Below are positions 26,261 through 38,179 of a stretch of DNA of 64,000 nt, piece by piece. This DNA comes from Nageia nagi (Eukaryota > Plantae > Pinophyta): contig JBITNC010000002.1 in assembly GCA_050084985.1 (NCBI GenBank), forward strand, positions 19,964,001-20,028,000, given 5' to 3'. A program made the position numbers and the translations under genes. Below the pieces are notes generated by a model. It was not told the origin of the DNA. It did not search any database and was given only the letters and a program-made list of their open reading frames with translations. Numbering within the stretch: position 1 is the stretch's first letter; each line of letters begins with the position of its first letter.

Positions 26261-27926
26261 TGTAAACACAAAATAATTCTAGCATTCTAACATGCATGAC
26301 TTGAGATCATACAAATTATATTTGGAAAAGGATAGCCCTGGGCAACACCAACATGGGAAAATGCTTGTTAAGGAAGGAATCAATCTAATATTTCTCAATA
26401 GAACCAATATCCAAATATACACTCAAAATCTAATATTGCATAGTTCTTCTTATGATCCCATTACAATGACTTGAGTATCCTATTTATAGCATATCATCGA
26501 TTAACATGGAGAGAGTAAACCTATCTGGCCCCTTTGAGAAATTATAATTAAAAATTTTTGCACTGTTACAACAACTTACCCACTATGCTCCATCCTAAAA
26601 GCATAAGAAAATAAGTAATAATATTTTTTCTTATCGTTGCCTACTAAAGATAGGAAGCTCAATTAATCGATCATTGTTGAATTTTTCCTAATCAAAAAGA
26701 TTTGAATTCTTATTTTCACGAATTCCTCTTTCATTTCTTGAGATGCGAAAATAAGGAAGGCAGTTTGTTTTCATCATCTTTTCCTATCAAGTTTGCTTCA
26801 ATGAAACGATAAGATACTTGTTTTAAACTTGCTTAAAACTGCTTTGTTCCAAATCAGGGTTATTCTACCACTTGCTATATTATGCAAAGACACAACAATA
26901 TTGAACAAGAAGGATCCTCCCAGTAGACTCTTGGAATCATCCGATTATCAATTTATATCTCTAAGTATTATCCTGAGACAAAAGACACTTATTTAGAACC
27001 TCTTATGATTGAAATCGTATCTTCAATTTTGAAGAGTATAATACACACTTTCTACAAATAGTTGCCAAATCCTCGACAAGGCATACAGAAAGGGATGAGC
27101 TTTACGCATACGTCACAATACCAGGAATCTTCAAGGGTAAGAGTTAAAAAAAGGCTCAGAAAAGCATGTGTATTAGATTGGATAAAGATGCAGATGTTAT
27201 AAGAACAGTCATTGCAGCACCAAAAGATTATCCTCAATCCAACATTGATTATTCATTCATGGAATATCCAATGCTATACCCAAAATTGGAGAACAAAGAG
27301 GTTTTCATGTTATTGATGTTGGTTAAGAATGAAAGATGCATGAATTGAAGAAATTAAAGCTGAAATCGATGAGCTCAGATGAGATAATTGCTTCATTGTC
27401 CAGTTCATTTCTGATGTAACGAACATTACTACACCATGTGCAACTACTGAAGTTGCGTACTCCACCCATCCATCTTAGGGATCAGGAAGGGACAAGATCC
27501 AAAATCAGACTGTGTGGGCTTCCAAAAGGACTTTCCATAGAAAGAAAGAAGAAATTATATTAATGTCCACAGATAACCAAAATATGTCAATGGGACTAGT
27601 AGAAGCATCAAACCATGTGATAGCTAAAAAAGGAGTGTTAAGGAATCTCTCAAATACAAGTAAACCAGGTACAAGGAAGATAATTCAAGAACCCAAGAGA
27701 AAACAAAGAACAAGTTTGTCTATGAAAGCATCAATCTGTCTCACCAACTGCGCTAATGACTGTAATGTTTGCACCAAGTGCCTGCCTGATACTATGCTCT
27801 AAAGAATGGGCTGGACCAGTGGTAAAGATGTTTTAAAGGAAAATCGATGGCTGAGGATATGGAAGTTCTCATTTTTCATACTGACCTTAGCAGGTCAACA
27901 AGAATCTATGACCTAGGAGCAGTGAC

Positions 27927-28127
27927 AAACTTTGTTCAGTTGGAACAAACTATGGATCAAAGAATATCAGGAGAAAATGAAGTCCATCTTCACCAATATC
28001 AGGAATGGTAATGCCACAATACTAAGTTACAAACTAGATAAGACATTTGGAAAACTTTGTTCAGTTGGAATTATGGATCAAAGAATATAAGAACAAAATG
28101 AACTCCATCTTTACCAATAAGGAATGG
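27927..28127. repeat. Imperfect direct duplication, period about 125 bp
   Basis: AAACTTTGTTCAGTTGGAA..TATGGATCAAAGAATAT...AAAATGAA.TCCATCTT..ACCAAT..GGAATGG twice. Confidence 0.8.
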
Positions 28128-28550
28128 CATCAGAAGCATGATGAGGAGCCTTGAGCCAAGCAGGACAAACATTTACAATAAAGATAACACCGCAAATGTG
28201 GAAGATTAAGTGCATAGAGAATTGGAAGATATACAGAAGGTGAAATTGCTTATAATGAAACTAAATTGAACTTTACTGATCAAACACTATAATGCCACAT
28301 TGTTTCTAAAACGTTTCATCTCCAATGTAAGTGACAAAATACAGTGAATTCAAATTGTTATCATTGAAGTTGAAGGCACTATGAAGGGGTAGGATAAATT
28401 TAGATTATTGTATGTGCAAAACAGATGCAAACCGGTCAAGAAATGAATGAGAAAGCGGTTCGTGACCAAAGTACATCAATGGTAAAAGAAAAATCTTGAA
28501 GTTGAAGGATTACTTCCAAATAAGTGACAAGACCCACTTAATCGTCATTC

Positions 28551-29559
28551 TGTTATGGTCAACATAACTTTATTTTTATGAACTTGGGAACTTTATTTTT
28601 AATTTGTGTATTCAATAAAACTCAATAACTTAGGCCTACGCTTATGTTGATTATTTTTAAAATATTTAGCTGAAGGAAGATGTTTATTGAACTATTAGCT
28701 TTGATAGTTTTGTGAGATAATAAAGTTTGGTTTTCATTTATTAAGCACCTTCAGGCTATAACCAGAAAGGAGATTCGTGCATTCATAACAGCACATATTT
28801 TCAAAGTAAAATTATGACACTGAAGTTCAATAATAGTTTCAAATTATTCTACTGTTGAAGATTTGATCTATTGGTCGCATGTAAATAGATTGTAGCATTT
28901 CATTTTTGTGTTCTTTTGCAGTCAGTTCAGTCGAAGTTTGTGAATGATAAAGGAAGAAATTTTATCATGCACACTGTTGGCTGTCAATGAATAAAGTGAA
29001 GGGTCAACAATTGGTGTTATTAAATCTGCATATTTTACCTTTTAATTGTTTTTTTATTTTATTTCTCACAAGATTTAACCACCCTGATTAGAAAGGAGAA
29101 GATTTTCCCAGTGACTGCCTTGATTTTTATAGGAAAAGAGCAGGACAAAAAATCACGCAATATGTGATCAATGAAAGACAAGTCCAACACTCGTATTGCC
29201 CTTGGAAGCTAATTAAAAAAGCTGGAGCCCATGCCTTCCCACAAATGTCTTTTTTACTTAGTATATTTCAGTAAAATGCATTTTTATTTTGTTCTTCCTC
29301 TTTCATGGTCGTTTGATTTGTATTTCTAAGAACTGGAGCTCAATTCTTCTATTTTTCAAAAGAAAAGAACGCGTACATTCTCAAAGTTTTCAGTTTCCAA
29401 AGTTAGGGTAAAACCTTGGGTTTTCTATAACTTTCAGTTTTGAGTATTTTTTCCAGAATTATTTGAAATTTATACTCAAAAATAAAATTTGGATGTTTTT
29501 CCGTTCTCAATATCTGTTAGCTTGCATCAATAAAACAGGATTTAGTCGGGCTCATAACA
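28551..29559 (+). mobile_element. Possible old solo LTR
   Basis: 7-bp inverted termini TGTTATG...CATAACA, about 1 kb long. No matching TSD (CATTC versus GTGAT). Confidence 0.35.
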
Positions 29560-30977
29560 GTGATGTAAACGCAACATTTCTGACCTAAAGAAGTGGAGTT
29601 TTTTAACCACCATTTAGCAATAGCCCCACTTATGGAGATCTCGTGGACAAGAGTCAGTTAAAGTATCCATTTTCCACAAAATGACGAGCTTCATGAGGCC
29701 TCTCAAAAAGACAGGTAATTGGAGCTTGAATAGCCAATCAGAAAGTTCATATGCAGCAATGTAAATAGTGCAATCTTCACTATTTGTTGGGGCCATCATC
29801 TTTTTCCATTTATTGTTGTTGAAGAAAACAACGATCAACAAGGAGTACCAAATATTACCCTCCACGCCATACTGGGGGCTGATTTGGCCATAGGAGCCCA
29901 ACAATTGTTGTTTAAGTATATGCGCTTACCTCAATCAAATTGAAAGAAGACAAAGGTGAATAAGTGACATCTCAATCAAGCAGGTTTAACAAAGAAAGTG
30001 CTCCATAACTTATCCGAAATAGTTGATAATTCATTGGAATTGCAATAACATGATTGCTTCAAGGGTCTGTGATACCTATGTGACATCTTCCAATAGATAA
30101 ATCAATTTATTTTAATTATATTTTCCTAATGCTATTTTTTATTGAACCTATTGTTCTTAATAAGAGACTCTGCTAATTATTAGCTGACCAGCTCTTACAG
30201 TCGGAATGAATTAGGTTACCATCTCCAATTCTATTTGAATAAAACATTAACAGAAATAACCAACCAATAAAATGACCACATAAGTATTACCAAACAGTTT
30301 GCATCAGAGACTTAGATTCAAATCTCTCTGCACAGTGCACAGGTGTGATACACAGGTGTATGATTAAGACCACCACAAATACTTGGTAACTTTGATGGAA
30401 TAGATACTCCATGACAATGATAATTACATTAGTATTGTTCTCCTTTATTTGAATACGACATATTTGAATTTTACTTAAAATTACTTTAGATATTACTTTT
30501 CTTCAAAACCAACATAGTTGATCTGACATTTTAACTTGAATTTTCTCGCATGGAAAACAAATTAATTTAATAAACAACTATGGGCTGTTTATAGCAATTT
30601 ATGTTATTCCTAATTATATTTAATAAACTATTCCAAATGACTTTTTTTGTTGATAATCCATCCTTACGATTTTCTTAAAATTATTTTTTTAATTGGTAAT
30701 CCGTCCTTTCTCTTCATTATTTATAACATATCACTGTTAAATATGGTATAATATTGTTGGTTCAGAGCTTGGAATAGTGTCTGCAAGTCAGTGTTCGCAT
30801 GCACCTAGGTGTTCCTCAATCTGTGTCACAAACCGACAGTATGCTTGATTACGTTTGTGAGAGTAATTGCCTGTACTGATCTCCCTGTCTTTTCACCGCC
30901 TTGGGTGGTTAACCCATCCAGGTTAAGTATGTTTGAGCCTCATTTCCTTGATTTACCTCACTAATAAATCGACTGCC

Positions 30978-32190
30978 ATGCAAGATGACGCCCGGGAAGA
31001 AGCCACGGAAGTTCCTGCCGAAGGTGGAGAGCAAGGTAATTACCATGTCTCCAAAGTTTACATTCCTGTTCAAGATTTTAAAAAGTCTTGCAAATGGTTT
31101 GAAACGCACAACCTAGTTGGTTATTTTCTTGGTAGGATTCCTTGTGATACTATCCTACGTCAATGGGTTTCCCAAGTTTGAGGCCCCTATGGATTTAAAG
31201 TTGCAAATGTCCAAAACTTGACAAAAAGGTATTTTTTGTTTCATTTTTCTGATCCCATGCATGTCAAGAAAATCTTTTCCAAAGGACCTTGGATGGTCTA
31301 ATCATCCCTCCTTGTGCTGCAGTCATATTCCAGCTCCTTTTCCGTGTAACATAGTTCCTCCCTCGATGTCCCGATCTGGATTGAATTTCCAAACTTGCCC
31401 TATACCCTCTGGAGTTTCTTAAATGCTTGTGCCGAGCAAATAGGGTCTTTTGTCTGCTTTGAACCAAAAAGGTTTTTTATGGCTCGGCCTACTCAGCGGG
31501 TCTATGTTAAGCTCGACGTCACTAAAGATAGGTCAAATGAAGTTGAGATTATCATTGAGAATGAGTCGATTCTCCATAAGGTCTAGTACATTGGTCTCTC
31601 CGATACCTATTTTCGATGCCAATCACCTCACCATAGGATTAGAGAGTGTCCCCTTATGGAAGAAAAATTCAAAGACCTGACCCTGCCGACTGCTCCCATG
31701 ACGAATGCCCCCACACCAGCTCCTACTGCTGGGGAAAATGAATGGACCCCTATCACCAACCGTCGAAACCGTAACAATGCTTCTCATGGGTCCATGTCAA
31801 ACCCGTGTTTCCTGTAGCTCAACCACGGCCCTAGAATCTGCCTATTCAAATGCATCCTGTTGCTCAAAGCATGCATGCAAAATCGCAAGGTCCCTCTATT
31901 CCTCAGTTGACTCAAGTTGAACCTGTTCTGGGTGTCCCCGAGTTTTATATGTGGTCTAGCCACTTGTATTTGTCTATTTGCTTCTATACCACCTTTTGCA
32001 TAGCTAGGAGAGGTTTCCTCTAGCACACGTGCTAAGCACTCTCGAAGCCCCTATTGAGGTGGTACTGAGGCATCTGTTGAAAAACGTCGTCAAGTGGACA
32101 TTGTGAATCAAGGTAATGCTTTTTCCGCCTTGTATGCTCTGGGGAATAGTGAGAATGTCATGGAAGTTCAAAACCCTGACATGTCTCAAT
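30978..32190 (+). pseudogene. LINE ORF1 (DUF4283-like region plus CCHC zinc knuckle), disrupted
   Basis: LVGYFLGRIP..LRQWVSQV, KGPW, IWIEFPNLP, RVYVKLDVTKD and FRCQSPHHRIRECP; contains stops. Confidence 0.8.
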
Positions 32191-35087
32191 GAATTGTCTT
32201 TCTTGGAACGTGAGGGGATTAACGAACCCATCCTATAAATATACAATCTGTACTGAGATTGACGACGTCAATCTCTTTGTTGGTAAAGTGGACTTTGTTT
32301 GTTTGCAAGAAGTCAAGATTTCTGAGTTTTTACTTCAGTGTACCTGCAAGTTTCTTTGGGCGAGTGGCCCCTCTTTCTCTACCAATCATGAGGCTGGCTT
32401 AGGGGTGCTGTCATTTTCATTTCCCCAAATTGGCACTCTAATATTGTTTCGTGGGACGTGGACCCCTCCAACCAAGTTGTCTAGGTTTTGCTTGAGATGT
32501 TTGAAAAGCCTTTTGGCATCGTTAATATTTATGCTTCAAATAATGCTCATGAGCGGACGTCCATGTGGCTTGCCCTCTCCTTGCCCTTTGCTACTTGGAT
32601 GGTCTGTGGAGACTTCAATATGGTAGAAAAACCTATTGATAAGAAAGGCCTTAACCCCAGGCGGTGGTGTCTGGGGAAAGAGAAGCCTGGTTTTTGTTTA
32701 AAAACAAGCTCAGTTTATATGACCCCAACTCCTGCTTTACCTGCAATGATTTTCCTGATGCGCAATGGTTTACTTGGTCCAATTTGCAAAATGGTGACTC
32801 GAGGGTTATTAAAAGGCCGCATAGATCTATGCTCTCTAAAGTGATTGCTTTCATTTTGACCATCATAATCCATCTCTTCCCTTTGTTTTTGTTGTTCCTG
32901 GTACTACTTTGTCTAATCATGCTCCTATTTTCTTCAACATTCACCATTCTCAACTCCCTGCTTGTATCTTTAAGTCCCAATGGTATTTGAACACTTCTTT
33001 TCTAGATTCTGAGTCCATGCGGTCCCATATTTACCATATTTGAAACTTAATCCCTCATTTGTCTGGAGAAAGAGGTTGGATTCATTGGTGGAACTGTGCC
33101 ATATCCAGAACTACCAAAGTTCCTTGGAGTTGATTTTGCTAAGCGACGCCAAAAGTCCAATTCGGCTTTAAGAACTGAGCTTATTAGAACTTCTAAAGTT
33201 ATGGAGAAAAATCCCTTTAACCGCTCTGTTCAAGTTCAGGTTGCTGCTCTTCGTCATGATATAAGGAAAGTTGATCTTTATGAAGCCAAAGGGGCTCAAC
33301 TCAAAGCTAGACTCGAGTGGCTCAAAGTTGGTGATAAGAGTTACCAAGGAGTTTTTAAAAAGACTTAGGCCCTATTCATTCCACTCAATTTAAGGCCCTA
33401 AAAGTAAATGATGATAGATTGACTCATTTGCCTGATATTGTTCAAGCCTTTGCTACTTACTATCAAGGTGTTTTTGCCTCTCAACCCTTTAGTGATGCTC
33501 GCCAACACGCTATGAATGAGTGTTGTAGTGTCATACCTCTCAAGCTCTCCCAAGCTCAAAGGGAATGTTGTAACTCTCATCTCACCCTTAAGGATCTTAA
33601 GTCTACTTTGGCTCAAATGGCCAAAGATAAAGCCCCTAGTATTGATGACTTCCCTTGTGAATTTTACAAAACCTTCTGGGACATGGTTGGGCCTGACCTT
33701 CTTCATGTGTACAAAGAAGCCATTTTGTTGGGATCTTTGAAAGCAATTATTAACAAAGGAAATATTAAGTTCATACCCAAAGCTGGAGATCCTGAAGTGA
33801 TTACCAATTGGAGGCCAATCACCTTGCTAAATGTCAGTTACAAGATCATTGCTAAAGCCATTGCTCTCAAGCTTCAGCCAATTCTTCCTCTTGTCATTCA
33901 ACCGGAGCAAACAGGATTTGTTAAAGGCAGGTATATCTTGGACACTATTATTGCAGTTTGGGAAGGTATGGACAATGTTATTGCAGTTTGGAAAGGTTTG
34001 GAATGGGCTCAAAAGTCTCATCAAGAGGCTTTATTCATTAAAATCAATTTTGAAAAAGCTTATGATAGGATTGAGTGGAATTTCATTCTTGCCATGTTGA
34101 AGGCTCTTGGGATTGGTCCTTTGTTTCTTCACTCTATTCAAATGCTTTTCCGGGATGCTTCTGGTATTCTTACCATGAATGGGTCTCAATCTCAAGCTAT
34201 CACTCTAGCCTGTTTTGTCCGCCAGGGGTGTCCTTTGGCCCCTTCTCTTTTTGTGTTGGCAGCTGAAGCTTTCAATTATTTGTTGGCCCATCATGCTTCT
34301 CAAGGCCATATTAAAGGTATCTCTCTCCCTAATTCCCATAATCAGCTCATTAATGGTCCTTTTGTTGATGATTCTTTCCTCACCCTTCAAGAAGATGAGC
34401 AATTTGTTTCTACTGCCCTGCAATGCTTACATACCTTTTGTGTAGCCTCGGGTTCTAGTATTCAGTGGCAGAAGACTTCCTGCTATAGACAGTCTCCTAA
34501 GGACACCCCTGCTTGGTTGTTTCATTATCCCTGAAAGTGGATCCAACCAGATGAGACCTTTAAGTTTCTTAGGATTCCTTTTGCCTTTCAAGCCTCCCTT
34601 GCTTAGCAATGGAGTGATGTTGTCCAAAAAGTGGAGAAAAAGTTGGAGTATTGGTACACTAAGAAACTTTATTTAGCAGGGAAGTTTCGGATTTGCTCCA
34701 AGGTGGTAGCTTCGACTCATGCCTACTATTTAACTTGTTGGGTTCTTTCAAAGAATTACTATCAAAAGCTTGATAGACTTTTGAGAGATTTCATCTGGGC
34801 CTCAAATAGAAACAAAAAAGGATTCCATAGAGTTGCCTGGGACATTTGTTGTCTCCCTAAGGCAAGTGAAGACATTGGGCTTTTCAGTTGTAACCATCAA
34901 GGTTTTGCCTTGTGTACTAAGTGGATTTTTCGAGCCTTACAAAGTAATGAGGCATGAAAAATTCGTATCAGGTATTGCCTTTCAACAGACCTCCCCTAGG
35001 GCAGAAGGGCGTAGAAAGGATTAAATTTGCAGACTGTTCTCACTGCCCTTGTTCAGTTCAAGATATCTAGCTCTTTTGTTGTCAAAA
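32189..35087 (+). pseudogene. LINE ORF2 5' part: APE endonuclease and reverse transcriptase, disrupted
   Basis: SWNVRG, CLQE, NIYA, GDFN, NWRPITLLNVSYKIIAK, FEKAYDR, VRQGCPLAP and FVDD motifs. Confidence 0.93.
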
Positions 35088-38000
35088 TGTTGGAATGTAT
35101 AATGCATTATTGTAAAGGTTTGTATTAAATCTTCTATGTAAATTCACTAATACTTAAGGGTATCATTTGATACCTTAAGTATTTAAGTGAATATGATAAT
35201 GTAACTTGTCCTACACTCCATGTCATGAACATGCACCTTGGGTAAAAGGATGTGCATGTCATGCTTTTGTATATTGGATAAAAAGGTAATCCAAAGAGAA
35301 ATTTTTGCCTATAAATGGAAGGCTCCCTCTTTGTGATTATACACCAATTGTGAAATAAAGTTATGCTATAGGATAGAAGTGTAGGAGTTGAGATTAAGAG
35401 AATTGTAACAGAGTTGTATTTGTGATTGAAGAAAATATCTAGTTAGTGGATGTACTCCTAGTTGGAGGAACCACTTACATCTTCTGTTGTGAGATTGTTG
35501 TGTCAGTTTGTTAGAACTTATTGTGAGCTTTCATGTGATCTTGGTTGATTAGGAATTATCTTGTTAGTGTTAGTTTCTTCAATTTGGTATCAGAGCTTCG
35601 TGTGGAAGCCCTTCTTCAACATTTTGGTGATCTTTCTTCATTCCTCGTGTTACACTCCATTAGTGAGGTAAAACCAAGAAAAGGTATAAATTTCCTCCTT
35701 GGTTATTTTTATTATTACATTAATGTTACTAACATATTATATGTTATGTGTTGAGTTCATTTTTTGTGTTTGAGAAAAATATGGCTAACAAAATTACAAT
35801 ATGATGTAATTTTTTTTTTGTTGCTTATACTAACATTTTTTTTACTTGCCTAACAAATTGTTACAATTTAAAAAAAAACGAGGGATTAGTATACAATAGT
35901 TGTGAAATATTACAAAAAAAATTTCTATATTCTACTTGTATAATATAAAGAGAATAGGCAACATTTATCTATTTTTGTAATATTACTTAGCAATTTTTTA
36001 TTCAATTGAATATTAAATCTATTTATATTACAAACTAAGAGAAGGCAGCAATTTTTTATCAATTTTTTGCAATTTCAAACACCCGCCCTTTCAATCTGGC
36101 GGCTCAGCCTCCTCTAAGGGCTTCGTCCTCTCGGTCGCCTTCCTTGTTGACCGCCAGGCGAGTGTCTTTCCCCTGCTACCCTTTGCTCAACCGAGTCATC
36201 CGCCATTTTTTTTGGCGGCTCCTTCAACCCTCTGATGGGTTTCCACTACGTGCAACTCTCTGCTTCTTCTGGCGGCACCCTCTCCCTCATCTTTGCAATA
36301 AACTACAAGCTTCTAGTCTCTCCTTTGCACATGGCATCTCGCTCCGCTCTCCGACATCGCAACTAGGCTGTGCGGCTCCGACCAACTTCGTTTAACCCTT
36401 TTATCCTTGTGTGGCTGCCTCTGCTGTGGATTCTAATACATCTCCTCTGCTCTATGCACTTCTTTCTATGTTCTCCTTGCTGCTGTCTCCTCACAAGGCT
36501 ATGATTTTTTCCCACCTTGCTCTCTTATCTTGCTTGGCCTTCCTTACTTGTGCGGTCGCATGGTCTCTCCTCCGCGTGAGGACTTCCTTGTTTCCTTGCG
36601 CGATCGCTTTGATGTTAAAAGGGTTGGGATTGCTGTAGTAGAGATCTACAAAGGGAGAGGGCCATACCCACAACATTAACAATAACAAGTTTAACAACGT
36701 ATTTGCAACCTCTCCTCCATGCGTAGCTAGTCCTTAACCACATTTAATTCCTTGTTTTTACCCCTTTGTCTTGCTTGTCATGTTTTGTCCAACTTCCTAC
36801 CCTCTCTCTGCCATCCTTTAAATGAACCTGCCATAATTTAATCTAGTTCAATCAATTTCATGCGTGAAGTAAAAGTCTCTTTACAATAGAGTAAACTCTT
36901 TGTTCTACATTTATTGCTTGTTATCATTTTTTTTTGTCCTTTTTTTGGTATAAACTTCATTTACATAAGCATGCTATATTTCCTTGGTAAATCTTAAAGT
37001 TTTATTTACTTAAGCATTGTTTAATATCAATTTTTTTAAGTAAAGAAGGGGGATTTTTTTATAATTCTTTACTTAAAATTATAGATTTTAAGTGTTTACT
37101 ACCTTTTAAAATAGAATGCAAACTATGGAAATAATAGAATGATGCATGCTTATCACTTAATTTTTTAATGATGCATGTTTTTTTTTAAATGATGCATGCT
37201 TATCACTTAATTCTTTTGTGGAAATCATGCATGCCTATCACTCAAAATTAGGTGAATGCCTCTTAAGTGTTTGCCTTAAAATTCCTTATGAATAGACTTG
37301 TTCTTGTGGGCAAATGAAGCATGCTTATTACTTAAATTGTATAGAATGGACTTGTGCAAATAAAGAATGATATAAAGATGTCCTTTAAAGGTTGGTAAAC
37401 AAAACCCATTGGACACATAGGTTTCAAATTTTAAATGGATGATGTTTTATTTATGCTCCTTACTTCATGTTTCATTTTTTGCTTCATTTGCTTATACAAA
37501 CAAAAACGCAAACATTGATATGAGCAACCCTTTAAAATGAACACATACACACATACATTCCACAACATGACTTGTTTGGGGAGCCATGAGATGAGGATAG
37601 GCGGATTGGAGCCTTTAAGTCCAACAATCCAAGTGGTGAAAAATCTGTACTTCTTAATTGCCCCTAAGACCTCTGTTGGTCTGGATTTAACTCCAATAGG
37701 TGGACAGGCATGTGTGTAGTGATACCACATATCCGCACATCCATTCAAGGATTATTCTGATAACCTAAGAGGACAACTTGAAATCTAATCAAGATTAATA
37801 ATTTGGTCGATCTAATAAACGTGGAAACCTTGAAAAATAGCTAATACTTTTCCTTGTGAGAGTATATTGCTGCCCAAAAAGAATTAGTTGAAGATTGGTA
37901 GTACTTGGGCTCCTCTTGTGTGAGCATCTAGGTGAAGGCCTAATTTTAGACAAGAAAACAAGCTTCAACAATGTCACTCGACATCTACAGTTCTTGAGAT

Positions 38001-38179
38001 GAAAAATGTATTTGGGTACATGGGTTATTATTTGAATTGTAAAACATTTGCACTTGTGAATCAAATCAAGCATGTCTTTAGTGTTAAATGTAACATGTAT
38101 TATTTACTTGGTTAAAACTTAACATTTAATGTTGTTTATTGAAACCACATGCTTATTATTTCACATTCTTGTGTAGCAA

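Noticed and set aside
29614-29990. Minus-strand ORF of 96 aa with nearby donor-like sites
   Set aside because: No recognisable homology, and it is not needed for the phosphatase, since exons 3 and 4 join in phase
37755-37785. Possible hammerhead core (CTGATAA...GAAA)
   Set aside because: The core deviates from CUGAnGA, stem II is not adjacent to GAAA, and the sister copy reads CAGATAA
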